From: the human T2T-CHM13v2.0 reference genome, Homo sapiens
Assembly: GCF_009914755.1 (NCBI RefSeq)
Contig: NC_060929.1
Direction: 5' to 3' (one strand)
DNA length: 64,000 bases
The notes beneath the pieces are model-generated. The model did no database searches. It worked only from the letters and a program-made list of their open reading frames with translations, and was not told the origin of the DNA. The translations under genes were made by a program, and so were the position numbers. Of this stretch, positions 47,900 to 62,173 are shown in pieces (within the stretch, counting starts at the first letter, position 1; the number at the start of each line of letters is the position of its first letter).

Positions 47900-48748
47900 T
47901 AACCTTTGATGTGGGTCTGGCATTGTTGAGACACCTGAGCTGGTGAGAAGGTCTGTGGGCAGATGAATAATGAAGATCATACCGAAATTCAGAAAGGTGA
48001 CAAAATAGCAGTGGCAGCAGTACCCAATCAGGAAAAAGGCAGGCAAATCCTTCAAAGTCAGCAAATACTGAACCAATATTTAAATGCAGCTAGCTAGGCA
48101 CATGCTCATTGCCATTACATATCATCCTTATTTCTGGGTTTTCTTACAATGTATTCAGAGGTAGACGATCTCTGTGGAGGGGATTTGTGGGAAAGAAAGG
48201 CAAGGTCATATTTTTCTATTGTCAGTGCTAATATTAATACTCTCAGCTTTTCAAAGTCGGTATTCAGGTGGTTGCTCCTGGTGGAGATCTATTGCTTTCT
48301 CCTGTCCAGTGTCCCGTTTGTTTTTCCAGCAACATCCCATACTTTCTTTGAAAAACAATCACTTCCCCATCATGTGCAGTGTTGGTAAAATTGTTAATCA
48401 AATGGGCACCTCAGTGAAGTTTTGCTAATCTGACTCTTTCTAGAGGAAGTTTGGATATTGCAGTTATGATTCACCCCAGCAGTGGCATCCTATAAGAGAG
48501 TGGCTATTGGATCATGCTCCTGGAGCTCCAGAACTTAGCTACTCAGAAACTTACCTTTAATTTTGTTATTTGTTCCCTATGATCTATAAGATTCTCTTTT
48601 TGCTTAAGTCAGAATTGGTTTATGTTGCTTAAAACCAAATCTAAATGACATACCATTCACAAATCATAGCCAGCTACTAAAGGAACAAATCAAGAATATT
48701 TAATATTCCTCTAGTATGAGGTAAGGCAGTACTTTGAGCCATACTTAA

Positions 48749-49075
<327 letters not shown>

Positions 49076-49239
49076 TAGAATCAAATCTTTTTTGCTCTTT
49101 GACTTATTCTTAGAGAAAAATCAATTAGGATACTGAAATTTTGGTGCATTTTTGGTTTTCCTTTTTCTCTTGAAAAAAAATTCATTGAAAAGTCATATTT
49201 ATATGAGCTCACAGTGCAATATACCAATTTCACACTCAT

Positions 49240-49368
49240 ATTTTTCTTTCTTTCTTTTTCTTTTTTTTTCTTTTTTTTTGAGACAGGGTCTCTCCCTGTT
49301 GCCTAGGCTGGAGTGCAGTGGCACAATAACAACTCACCGCAGCCTCGACCTCCTGGACGCAAGTGATC
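49240..49368 (-). mobile_element. Alu 3' fragment (AluJ/FRAM-like)
   Basis: Poly-T followed by gagacagggtctc...gcaagtgatc, then homology stops. Confidence 0.8.
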
Positions 49369-49843
49369 ATAGTTTTATTTCTATGCCTTCTGAAGGACTA
49401 GATACAGAAGACAGCAATAGCTTGAGCCTGAGATGGGAAAAAACTTTCTTAAAATCAAAGAAAATTCATGATGGCCAGAATTTACACACTGCTTCAATTC
49501 TTTTCATCTATATTTTCAAAAAGATACTTGGTCATACTTTGCAAAACTTGTCACAGAAAAGAAATTATAGTCTGGATAAACAAAGAGTAAATGTAAGTGA
49601 TAAATACTTTTAGTTAAATATTCATTTGACTACAGAGTGAATCAAGACCATTTTTTGGAAACCTTGAGAGACAGGAATGGGCTTCTTACCAGATAAGAAA
49701 TGCAATAAGCCTTTCTTATTTACAGGTCATGTGCAATCCCTTGAAGATGGATGATTATCTTTAGCCTTCGGGTAGGGACAAAGTAGAACTCTGGAGCATT
49801 TTTCATTTCTTAGGTTCATTCATGAAGGTCCATTGTGGCTCCC

Positions 49844-50490
<647 letters not shown>

Positions 50491-50559
50491 TTCCCTGACG
50501 TGTTCTAACAACACATGGTATCGCCATATACAAACTGCCCTTAGGCCGCAACACTGTGA

Positions 50560-50877
<318 letters not shown>

Positions 50878-51006
50878 AATTTAAGGTTTTTATCAATAAC
50901 TCCAACTTGACAGATTCTCCGTTTCTTCTTTCTCTATTATGTGCCATTCCCTGCACCCTGCAATTCCTGAGCTCTGTTGCTGCTCAGTGTGACCCGGTGA
51001 TGCTTC

Positions 51007-51476
51007 TGGTACTGTGGCAGCAGATCACCACTGCTGTGTTCATGATGCTTAGCTCAGGAAGGTTCCTGGCTTCACCCAGGAAATAATTCAAGGGTGAGCC
51101 AGTGGTATTAAACCACAACTTCTCCTGAAGCGGCAGTGCGGTGGCAGCAGAGGTACTGCTCCTTGCAGAGCAGGGCTACCTGGTAGGCAGCATGCCCAGA
51201 GTGGCAGCTCAGATGTAGTTCCACACTCATATTTATACCGAATTTTAATTATATGCAAATTAAGGAGTGGTTTATGCAGAAATTTCTAGAATAAGGGTAA
51301 CTTCTGGGCTGTTGGGTTTTTGCCATGAAAAGGAGCTATAACTTCTGGGTGTTGCCATGGAAATGATAAACTGATAAGGCACACTGGTGGATGTTTTATG
51401 GGAAGGTGCTTCCTCTCCCACTTGTTTTAGCTGGTCCTCAACTTGGTCGGGTCCCTGAGCCCCACCTCCTACTTCA
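51007..51476 (-). mobile_element. MER4-group ERV1 solo LTR (MER50-like)
   Basis: Reverse complement starts TGAAGTAGGAGGTGGGGCTC. Contains octamer ATGCAAAT (51253-51260), TATA (rc of tatttata) and duplicated aacttctggg..gttg units. Confidence 0.6.
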
Positions 51477-51627
51477 TTCTGGCCACGTGAATGGTGGTGC
51501 TTACCTGCTCTTAAACTCCCAAACTTTAGGAGTTCTGATACCAGTGCTTGACAGAGTTCCTTCACATTTTTTCCATAGTTTTGGGCTTTCGGGCCTTTAT
51601 TCTGTCAGTTCACCTTCCTATTCTCAT

Positions 51628-51938
<311 letters not shown>

Positions 51939-52204
51939 TAGCTTTTTTTTTTTTTTTTTCTCGGCTTACACAAACAATCTCTGAGGGTAGGTCAAAATGT
52001 ATCCAACTCCAGACTTCGTTTTGTATCTGGTCCGCTATGCAGAACTCCTTTCTCATCGTGGGTTTTATTCTACAGGATTTTATTGTTTCTTCTGCAATCT
52101 AACCTCCATTGCCCTCATTTGCACCAATCAGTATATGTCTAAACCCAGATCGTGAACAGGGTTCAAGATCTTGCCCTTGAGTTTGCTGTAACCTGTACAA
52201 ATCA

Positions 52205-52555
52205 GTGGATATATGCCATAAACTGAACGTCCCCCCTTAAATTCATCTCCAGTGTGATGGTATTTGGCTGATGCCTTTGAAAGGTGATTAGGTCATGAGG
52301 TCAGAGCCCTCATGAATGAGATCAGTGCCCTTATAAAAAAGATCCCAGGGAACTCCGTGGCTACTTCCTCTATGCTGGGTGAGGAGTCAGCAAGACAACT
52401 ACATAAGGAAGCGGACCCTTGACAGAGACGCTGAAGCTGCTGGCACCTTAGTCTTGGACTTTGTAGCCTCCAGAAGTATGAGAAATAAATTCCTCTTGTT
52501 CATAAGCCACCTAGTCTATGGCATTCTGTTATAACAGCCCAACCAAGGTAATACA
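52205..52555 (+). mobile_element. MLT1A-like MaLR LTR
   Basis: aggtgattaggtcatgagg..agccctcatgaatgagat..gcccttataaaa ... gagaaataaattcc..cataagccacc. Confidence 0.78.
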
Positions 52556-52884
52556 ATAGTTCTCCCTTATCCATAGGTGATATGTTCCAAGACTCCCCAG
52601 GGGACGCCTGAAACTCTGGATAGCATTGAACCCCATATATACTCTGTTTTTTCCTATACATACATAACTATGATAAGGTTAATTTATAAATTAGGCACTG
52701 CAGGAGGTTCACAACAATACCTAATTACAAAATGGAAGAATTGTAACATAATACTTTAATAACAGTTATATAAATGTGGTCTCACTCACAAAATATCTTC
52801 TTGTAGTGTATTCACCTCTTTTTGGACTATGGTTGACTGGATAAATGAGACCACAGGAAACAAAACTGCGGAGAAAGGGGACTT
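52556..52884. mobile_element. MER44/Tigger7-like DNA transposon
   Basis: Terminal inverted similarity agttctcccttatccat ... gcggagaaaggggact and internal tatgttccaagactcccc..gcctgaaac. Confidence 0.75.
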
Positions 52885-55800
52885 CTTTCTGTCTAGACAG
52901 AAGCTGAAGGATTGCCGAAGTTTTGAAGCTATCACAGCCAAGCCTCATCTCCAGCCAAGTGGTTAGCAGACTCCCTTGTGGCAGTTTTACCAATTGGATT
53001 TTTAATGTTTCATTCCATTTTAGCTCAGCTTCTAGGACAGAATCTGTGATATAGAGGTGAATAATATATTCAAATGAATGAGGACGACAGCACTGTCAAC
53101 AGTTCAGAGAGTCCCAGAAAGGGCCTACTGTCTTCTCATGGTTTTACATTTTCCTGCCTGCCACCCATCCTGCAGCGTCTTCCCTGACACAGCCTGAGCT
53201 TCTTTAGCACTCCCACCCAAATTTCCTTTTATTTCTGTGCCTTTGGCAATTGCTTTTCCTCTACTTGCCTCCAATATGAGGCAGAAATGTTAATATGATC
53301 TCTTACTCTCCTCTCCAGTTCTCTTTGTTTCTCAGAACATTCTAGAGAGCATCTAGTAATAGTGACAGCCCATGTCTCTGTATTCCTTGCTTTCCTTCAT
53401 CTGATTAAATAATACTGAGGAACAGAATCTTGGTCCCTCTTGAGTTTGTCCAAATACCATGTACAGGCCAGCATGGCAGCTTCCACCCTTTCTTTGAGGC
53501 AGTCAGGTTGGAGGGGGTCCCCTGGAGAAACTCCAACCAGCCTGCCAATGCGGTGGAGCCTCCAGAAGTCGTACCGTTTGCAGCGGGGAGGAGCTTGGCC
53601 CTGCCTCTTCCTGTGGAACCTGGGATTCAAAGGGTGGGCTGGAAGTGCTCTAGCCAGGGGACTCTGGCCTTATGGAGGATCCCTGTTTCCTCCTTTTTTT
53701 TTTTTTAAACCCTTTTCACCTAATAAAACCCTGCTTTTCTCACCCTTTAAACTGTCTGTGAGCCTAAATTTTCATGGCCGTGGGACAGACAAGAACCCCA
53801 TCTTTGCTAAACCAAGGAAAAGTCCTGCAACATTTTTGGCACGCAGAGTGGGGGCTGGAGAGGAGGTGAGTGAAATGGGGATTCAAAACCTCTCACTGTT
53901 GCTCCTAAGCATGTTCATCCTTGGACTTCTGAATGTGGGAGAAAGGCCCCCAAACCCTGTCGCTCCCAGGGGTCAAGGGAAAGGCCCTTCCCTTCTTTTT
54001 TGGGGACCGACAGGCGATGGGTTGGGCGGGGGCGGCCCTCCTCGCTCCCCTGTCCTCTCCCTGCCAGGCAGGGAGGCATAGGCCCAGGGTCCGCACAGCG
54101 GGCTGGCTGGTTGCCAGCCGCAACTGCTGCAGCCTTTCCCTTCCCCAGCCAAGGGGTTTTACTCCATCTTTCAGTAATTGAACTAATCTCCCTGGTAGAG
54201 GAAGCACTTGCATAAGAAGAGGTTTCTCCCCAGGCGTTTTTAAACTTTTTTTTTTTCTTTCCTCTTCTCCACCTTGACAGCAGCTAACTTTTAATTTTTT
54301 TTTTTTTTTTCCTTTTAGAGGATGTTTTTACTAGGCCAGGCCCCACAACTACCACTGTTTATATTTTCTGCAAAGATTTGGTTGTGAAATCACGCCTCCA
54401 TCTTTTTTTACATCCTGGGGGCATGGCCATAACCGCTTAGCAAAGCTTTGTTTCGCAATCCTGCCTTAGGGAGTAAGTTTCTCCCTGGTTTAATATCTGC
54501 CTGTTCTCCCAGCCCTGTCTCATGAAGAACCCCATCCGGGGACTGGGTTTTCTCCTGCCTGTCCATGTAGTTATATGTGTGTTTGTATATGACGTCTGTT
54601 AAAAGAGTTCTAATTAATTTGGCCTAAAGAAGGACAAGTGCTTGGATTTAGTTTTTTTTAATGGGAAGTGAAAAGCTGTGGTACCTTTCGGTTCATGTGA
54701 CTTTAATCTTTGAGAAATAAAAACAGCCCTAAAGAAATATTGGTAAAATGCAGGTCAGATGCAAGGTTTGCTAAGTGTTGTGAGGTTACAAACAGCTTTT
54801 TGGGTTTTGAGAACTATTTGACTTGCCGGCTTCACAACTGGTATGGCCTGGGGATGTATGGAACTAACCACGCCCTTAATTAAGAAGGCAAACCTTGGTT
54901 GCAGTTAGCACACAAAGCAACCTACAAAGTTTTACCTTAAAGTTAAAAATTGCTAGGAGTTACCATTGTAACATATAATTGAGACTACTGAAAGTAGATT
55001 TACATGCAAGGTGTGTAAGAAAAGTAAAATGTGTTTTTTAGTAAAAGGGTATAAGAAGGCATGGAAATGCAAACTTTTGCCTAGGGTTAAAGGATTGTTT
55101 TGATTTAAATTAGGAAAAAGTTGAAGGTTCAATGAAGTGGTGGAAGAATTTTGGAAATTAATCTTGCAGAAGAGGTTCTTTGTGTGAACACATTAAATTC
55201 ACAGGGGTTGTAAAAGGTTTTTGCTTCTTTACATTTCTAAGTCATCATTTTGGCAAAATAAATAATTTATGGTAATCTGGAACTCTATTTCATGTAATCT
55301 GGAACTCTACTTCATAATATCAAGTGTTTTAAACCTTGAACATTTAACAGCTTTCCCGAAATCAAACTTCAGTTTCAAAATTGTCTTCCCTGGCACCTGG
55401 CTTTTCGAATACTTCAGAGGGCCCCTGAAATATCCAGAAAAGAGAGGTAAATGGGATTATTTGACAGGTACATGGGATTGCCAAAATGATGTTCAATCTT
55501 TAGGTTATATTTTTGGTAAATAGTGCTAATATATATTCCAAGATTGTATGGGATTTCTAGAATTCTAATGTCTGAGTATATGCTATCAATCACGATTAAG
55601 GTTGTTATGTTAAGTTATTGTAAACTACAGAGATAACCAAACTTCTTTGTCAATTGTGTTTCTAACTGTAACTACCTTGGACATTTGCTATTCACCAACA
55701 ATTGTCTTGTTTTAATCCTTTTCAAAAGATGGTTTATAATGAGGTGTAGAACTTTAACAGGTGCTCTCAAATGTAGGCTTCTGATAACTTTAGAGATTGC

Positions 55801-57345
55801 AACATTGGAATAAAAGAAAATGTACAGGACTCATAAAGAGCTGAAATGCTCATGAATAGCAAGCAAACAAAACAATAGTTCACTAAATATAGACTGAACT
55901 CAGAAAGCTGAAGCAACCTTTTTGACTTTTGGTTGGAATATTGCTGATCCATGTTTTGTTTTTCAGAGTCAAGGAAACTTATTTTGAACTGTTTACAGCC
56001 TTTAATAATTAAGGTATATACTCCTGTGATCAAAATTTGGAGCATGTTTGTTTCTCTCTGCCTGGTTCCTCTAGAATTTGGTAACTATGAGTATTCTTAA
56101 GGCAGTATAGTTGTTTGCATCAGTGCAATAAGAATCCATTTTTCTTTTGCAAAAGGACACAAGTGGAGAAAGTAGTTATTTTACTAGGGCTTTGACTAGA
56201 AGGGTATGCTTCCCTTTAAGGAGTCAAGCTCGACTTGCAGAGCCAATAAAAGGCCCATGGGGAAACTGGCCTCATACCCTTGTCTATGCAGTCCCTGTAC
56301 AGGGTTCCTGACCTGTGGTCAGTAAAGAATGTCACTTTCTAGCAGGTCCAGGAGCTCCAAGTTTATCTTGGGACCTTAAGAGGGAGGATCACCCAACTCG
56401 CAGGTATTTGAGGATACAAACCCATGGCTGGGCTGGGCTTTAAAAGGTCTTATCTGTGATTCCTCGTGGATCACACTTCCATCAAAGCCAATCCAAAAGG
56501 CCTATGTAGAAATAATTATTCTTGCTGCATTTTATGCAAATAATCAGGCCAAGTATAAGACTAAAGTCTATTTAAATAACTCGGTCCTATGATCATTTGT
56601 TTCTTAACAAAAATGAGGACTGGAGAGAGAGAAATTATGTTTCAAAACTTATATATTTGTCATTAAATTCTAAACTCACAAGTTGTTTTTAAGTTTTTGC
56701 CTACCGTTTAGACTAACCCTGCTTGTTCCTGTGAACCTACCAGTAATTTCTGGCTGCAGCTCAGAAAGAATGAAAGGGATGGGTAATGTGGAAATCTGGA
56801 TCAGTATTTTAGTTCTGAGCAATTATTCTGCAAATCCTGCCAGGTGTTGGAATAAATAGGGTTCCCATGATGTGAAGGTTTCCTTTTGGGGAAAGTAAGA
56901 CCAAGGGAACTAACCAAAGTCAAGCGCCATACACCCAAATCCTACCAAGCATAACTATAGCTGCCAGCTAGCAGGGTGTGCCACAAGACATCCCCTTTCC
57001 TCTCCCTTGTTGGAGGAGGAATCAGTTCCACAGCTTCACCTTAGCATTTAGCTTATGATAAGGAGTCCATGCAACACCCCCAGAGACACATTTTTGTCCC
57101 AGATCCAATTCCAAGCTTTGGGTTAAAGATCTAGAAAGAAAACTGGATTTAAGGGATCCAGAAGTAGACAGCAATAGAGGTTAAAAGGCACAGCGCAGGT
57201 GAGTGTGGCTGATTCCTGCTGATTAAGCCAACCCCAAGCTTCCTGTTTCATGGATAAAGGCACGTTAGTATCCATAGCATAAATGAGGTCTAGGGAACTC
57301 CAATGCTACTGACAGTAGGAGGGATAGAGGCATATGTTAGAGCAG

Positions 57346-57751
57346 TTTCACTCGTATGCCTGTCAATAGACCACCAAACAGGCTTTGTGTGAGCAACAAG
57401 GCTGTTTATTTCACCTGGGTGCAGGCAGGCAGAGTCCGAAAAGAGAGTCAGTGAAGGGAGATAGGGGTGGGGCCGTTTTATAAGATTTGGGTAGGTAAAG
57501 GAAAATTACAGTCAAAGGGGGTTTGTTCTCTGGTGGGCAGGGGTTGGGGGGGTGGTCACAAGGTGCTCAGCAGGGGGTCTTTTGAGCCGGGATGAGCCAG
57601 GAGAAGGAATTTCACAAGGTAATGTCATCAGTTAAGGCAGGGACTGGCCATTTTCACTTTTGTCATTCTTCAGCTACTTCAGGCCATCTGGATGTATACA
57701 TGCAGGTCACAGGGGATACGATGGCTTAGCTTGGGCTCAGAGGCCCTGACA
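57346..57751 (-). repeat. HERV-H 3' LTR (LTR7 family)
   Basis: Direct repeat of 62489-62889. PolyA signal AATAAA (rc of tttatt at ~57405). Confidence 0.95.
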
Positions 57752-58142
57752 TTCCTATCTTCTTATAGTAATAAGAAAAAATAAAACGAAATAGTGGTAA
57801 AGTGTTGGGGTGGCGAAAATTTTGGAGGGTGGTATGGAGAGATAATGGGCGATGTTTCTCAGGGCTGCTTCGAGCGAGATTTGGGGCAGCGTGGGAACCT
57901 AAAGTGGGAGAGATTAAGCTGAAGGAAGATTTTGTGGTAAGGGGTGATAGTGTGGGGTTGTTAGAAGAAACATTTGTCATGTAGAATTATTGGTGATGGC
58001 CTGGATATGGTTTTGTATGAATTGAAAACGTAAACAGAATAAGAGGAGGAGAAAAACAGGTATTAAAGGACTAAGAATTGGGAGGACCCAGGACATCCAA
58101 TTAGAGAGTGTCCAAGGGGGTTCAGTGTAATTAGTTGCTTGG

Positions 58143-60084
58143 TTAGTGAGTTTTTGGCTCTATTCTTGACAGAGTCTTTTTTTTAAGTTGGAGGCTGAGC
58201 TTAGTGAGTTGTGTTTTTAAAAGACCATTTGTCCGTTCTACCTTTCCTGAAGATGGAGGACGGTAAGGGATATGAAGGTTCCACTGAATACCAAGAGCCT
58301 GAGAAACTGCTTGGGTGATTTGACCTAGTAAAGGCCGGTTCATTACCAGACTGTATAGAGGTGGGAAGGCCAATCCGAGGAATTATGTCTGACAGAAGGG
58401 AAGAAATGACTGTGGTGGCCTTCTCAGACCCTGTGGGAAAGGCCTCTAGCATCTTGTGAAAGTGTCTTCCCAGACCCAGAGGTATTTTAGTTTCCTGACT
58501 GGAGGCATGTGAGTAAAGTCAATTTGCCAGTCCTGGGCAGGGGAAAATCCCCGAGCTTGATGTGTAGGGAAGGTGGGGGGCCTGAACAATCCCTGAGGAG
58601 TAGGAGAATAGCAGATGGAACGCTAAGAAGTGATTTCCTTAAGAACAGATTTCCATGATGGAAAGGAAATGAGAGGTTCTAAGAGGCGGGCTAGTGGCTT
58701 GTAACCTACATGGAAGAGGTTATGAAATGATGACAGAATAGAATGGGCCTGTGAGGCTGGAAGGAGATATTTTCCTTGGTCTAAGAACCATTTGCCTTGT
58801 GTGGGATGAGATTGATAGATGGAAGTTTTAGTGGGGGAGTAGGTGGGAGTGGCCAGATGAGAAGGAGAAAAACTGCCATGAGGGATAGAAGTTGGAATAC
58901 TAGCTGCTTTTTTTTTTAGCTACCTTATCAGTATAGGCATTGTCCTGAGCGATGGGATCTGATGCCTTTTGATGGCTCTTGCAGTGAATGACTCCAGCTT
59001 CCTTTGGAAGTAAAGTGGCTTTGAGAAGAGTTTTTATTAAAGAGGCATTAATGATGGAGGACCCTTGCATAGTGAGAAAATCTCTTTCTGCCTGTATAAC
59101 AGCATGGTGGTGCAGGATATGGAAGGCATATTTGGAGTCAGTATAAATATTGACGCATAGTCCCTTTGCAAGAGTGAGGGTTCAAGTTAAGGCAATGAGT
59201 TCAGTTTGCTGAGGGGTAGCGGACGGGGGCAGAAAATATATGCGTCAGGTGTGAGGAAGAAAATAGATTTTGGAAGTTATGAGAACTGTAGAGAGTGAGT
59301 TGAGCATAGTTTGTGATTTTGAGGGCCTGTGAAAGTATTAAGACAGCAGCAGCCACTGCACGCAGACATGAGGGCTAGGCTAAAACACTAATGTCAAGTT
59401 GTTTGGACAGAATGGCTACAGGGCATGGTCCTGGCTCTTGTGTAAGAATTCTGACCGAACTAACCATGCCTAGGAAGGAAAGGAGTTGGTGTTTTGTAGA
59501 AGGGATTGGGATTTGGGAGATTAGTTGGACACGATCAGCAGGGAGAGCACGAGTGTTTTTATGAGAATTATGCTGAGATGGCAACAGATGAGGAAGAAAT
59601 TTGGGCTTGACTGAAGTAATGGGGGCTGTCTGTGAAGCCTTGCGGCAGTACACGCCAGGCAATTTGCCGAGCCTGATGGGTGTCAGGGTCAGTCCAAGTG
59701 AAAGCAAAGAGAGGCTGGGATGAAGGGTGCAAAGGAATAGTAAAGAAAGCATGTTTGAGTTCCAGAACAGAGTAATGGGTACGGAGGGAGGTATTGAGGA
59801 TAGGAGAGTTATATGGGTGGCACCATGGGGTGGATAGGCAAAACAATTTGGTTGATAAGGCACAGATCCTGAACTAACCTGTAAGCCTTGTCTGGTTTTA
59901 GGACTGGCAAAATGGGGGAATTGTAAGGGGAGTTTAAAGGCTTTAAAAGGCCATGCTGTAGCAGGCGAGTGATAACAGGCTTTAATCCTTTTAAAGCATG
60001 CTGTGGGATATGATATTGGCGTTGAGTGGGGTAAGGGTGATTAGGTTTTAATGGGATGGTAAGGGGTGCATGATCAGTCGCCAA
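58143..60084 (-). pseudogene. HERV-H pol remnants (RT, RNase H, integrase), frameshifted and deleted
   Basis: RT: PYNSPILPVLKPDKAYRLVQDL and LKHAFFTIPLHP..VLPQGFTDSPHYF, with no YxDD motif following. IN: EAFPTGSEKA and WNLHIPYRPPSSGKVERTNGLLK. Confidence 0.92.
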
Positions 60085-60222
60085 GGAGGGAGTAGAGTTG
60101 TACTAGTAGATTAAGGTGGGGAGATACAAGGGGAGGATGTGAAGGAGGCTTTGAACTGGGGAAAAGGGCAGCAATGAGGTGTGGCTGTAGCCTAGGAATA
60201 GTCAGGGAAGCAGATAATTTAG

Positions 60223-60486
60223 TTAAAATGCTCGGCCTAATAAGGGAACTGGGCAGGGGGAGATAACTAAAAAGGAGTACATAAAAGAATATTGTCCAAG
60301 TTGGCACCAGAGGTGGGGAGTTTTAAGGGGTTTAGAAGCCTGGCCATCAATACCCACAACAGTTATGGAGGCAAGGGAAACAGGCCCTTGAAAAGAAGGC
60401 AATGTGGAGTGGGTAGCCTCCGTATTGATTAAGAAGGGGATGGACTTACCTTTCACTGTAAGAGTTATCCAAAGCTCAGCATCCAT
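60223..60486 (-). pseudogene. HERV-H protease remnant
   Basis: LTVKGKSIPFLINTEATHSTL...VVGIDG...PVPLLGR. The catalytic DTG reads NTE. Confidence 0.88.
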
Positions 60487-60559
60487 GATGGTCCAGGGGG
60501 CTTCTGAGGTGATCGGGCAGCGTCAGTCTTCAGCCGCTAAGCCAAGAAGATCTGGGAAG

Positions 60560-61650
60560 GAGTCAGAGAGCCTTGGGCCAGAGTTCCAGGGGCTCTGGGA
60601 GTGGCTGCCAGGTGAGTTGACAGTCCGATTTTCAGTGGGGTCCTGCAGAGATGGGACACGGCTTAGGAGGAATCCTGGGCTGTGGGCATTCCTTGGCCCA
60701 GTGGCCAGATTTCTGGCACTTGTAGCAAGCTGGGGGAGGAGGTTCTGGGGGAACCTCTGGCAGCTGCGGTTCAGGCATTTGGAGTTCTTGTGTGCTGGAG
60801 ATGTGGCTGGGGTTTGTCTCACAGTGGAGGCAAGGAATTGGCAACTCAGAAATGCGTTGCTGCCTGGCTGCCTCCTCTCTATTATTGTACACCTTGAAGG
60901 TGAGGTTAATTAAGTCCTGTTTTGGGGTTTGAGGGCTGGAATTTAATTTTTGGAGCTTTATTTAATGTTGGGAGCAGATTGGGTAATAAAATGCATATTG
61001 AGAATAAGATGGCCTTCTGACCTTTCAGGGTCTAGGGTTGTAAAGCGTCTCAGGGTTGCTGCCAAACAAGTGATGAACTGGGCTGGATTTTTATATTTGA
61101 TGAAAAAGAGCCTAAACGTTAACTGATTTGGGAGAGGTTGGATAAAGAAAAAGGAGTATTAACCTTGACTATGCCTTTAGCTCCAGCCACCTTTTTAAGA
61201 GGAAATTGCTGGGCAGGTGGGGGAGGGCTAGTTGAGGAACAAAACTGTAAGCAGGACTGGGTGTCAGGAGGGGAGGTGATAAAAGGATTATAGGGTGGGG
61301 GAGTGGAGGCTGAGGAAGAATTGGGACCTAGCTCGGCCTGGCGAAGAGCAGCCTGGGGAGGAGGGGAGAGGTCAGATGGGTCTGTAGAAAAGGAAGATTA
61401 GAAAGACTCAGCGACACTTGGGGTTGGGACTGAGGGGATAGGCAGGAGCGAAAGAAGGAGGATTTGGGACGAGTTGCCTTGGGAACAGACTGGGGAGGGA
61501 CCTATGTGTAAAAGAATGCCTGGACATCAGGTACCTCAGACCATTTGCCCATTTTACGACAAGAATTATCTAGATCTTGTAGGATGGAAAAAATCAAAAG
61601 TGCCATTTTCTGGCTATTTGGAACCATTGTCGAGTTTGTATTGGGGTCAA
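60560..61650 (-). pseudogene. HERV-H gag remnant with CCHC zinc knuckle
   Basis: CYKCQKSGHWAKEC (CX2CX4HX4C) in ORF 60632-60892. Confidence 0.88.
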
Positions 61651-62119
61651 GCGGCATTGTAGAAGAAAATAAGGCGTTTAGGTTTTAGGTCAGGTGTGAG
61701 TTGAAGAGGTTTTAAGTTTTTGAGAACACAGGCTAAGGGAGAAGGAGGAATGGAGGGTAGAAGGTTGACTGTAGTGAAGGAGGCAAGTCCAGAGAAAAGA
61801 GAGGGTAGAGACATGGAGAGAAGTGTTGGGGGGTGCTTGCCCCCCAGGAAAGTGGAAAAGGGGTAGAGACATGGAGAGAAGGGGTCGGGGGGTGCTTGCC
61901 CCCCAGAAAAGTGGTGCTTGCTGCTAAGGGTGAAGGACCAAGGCAGGTGTCCCCACTTGTGCAGACACCTCTGAAACGTGGGTGAATAATCAGGCAGGCA
62001 TCCCTGCACGATTAAACACCAAGGGAAGACTGTCTTCCTGAGTCCATGACCGGTGCCAGAGTTTTGGGTTCATGGATAAAACGCGTCTCCTTAGTGTCTA
62101 CCAGAAAAGGAAAGAAACT

Positions 62120-62173
62120 CCCCTCTGTCTTTGCTCTCCCCTCTGTCTTTGCCCTCCCCTCAGTCTTTGCTCT
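62120..62173. repeat. 3 x 18-bp tandem repeat (cccctctgtctttgctct)
   Basis: Units at 62120, 62138 and 62156, each within 1 mismatch of the first. Confidence 0.95.

Noticed and set aside
53455-53832. p53 response element in or near the MER61-like LTR
   Set aside because: Some MER61 subfamilies carry p53 sites, but I could not find paired RRRCWWGYYY half-sites here.
53440-54081. 213-aa ORF
   Set aside because: It runs across the MER61-like LTR and GC-rich leader, starts at a TTG and has no recognisable domain.
61795-61905. Direct repeat gggtagagacatggagagaa...gggtgcttgccccc
   Set aside because: As I recall, this is a normal repeated unit of the HERV-H leader.
62120-62173. CRISPR-like array or repeat protein
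   Set aside because: The units are head-to-tail with no spacers, in primate ERV context. It is a minisatellite.
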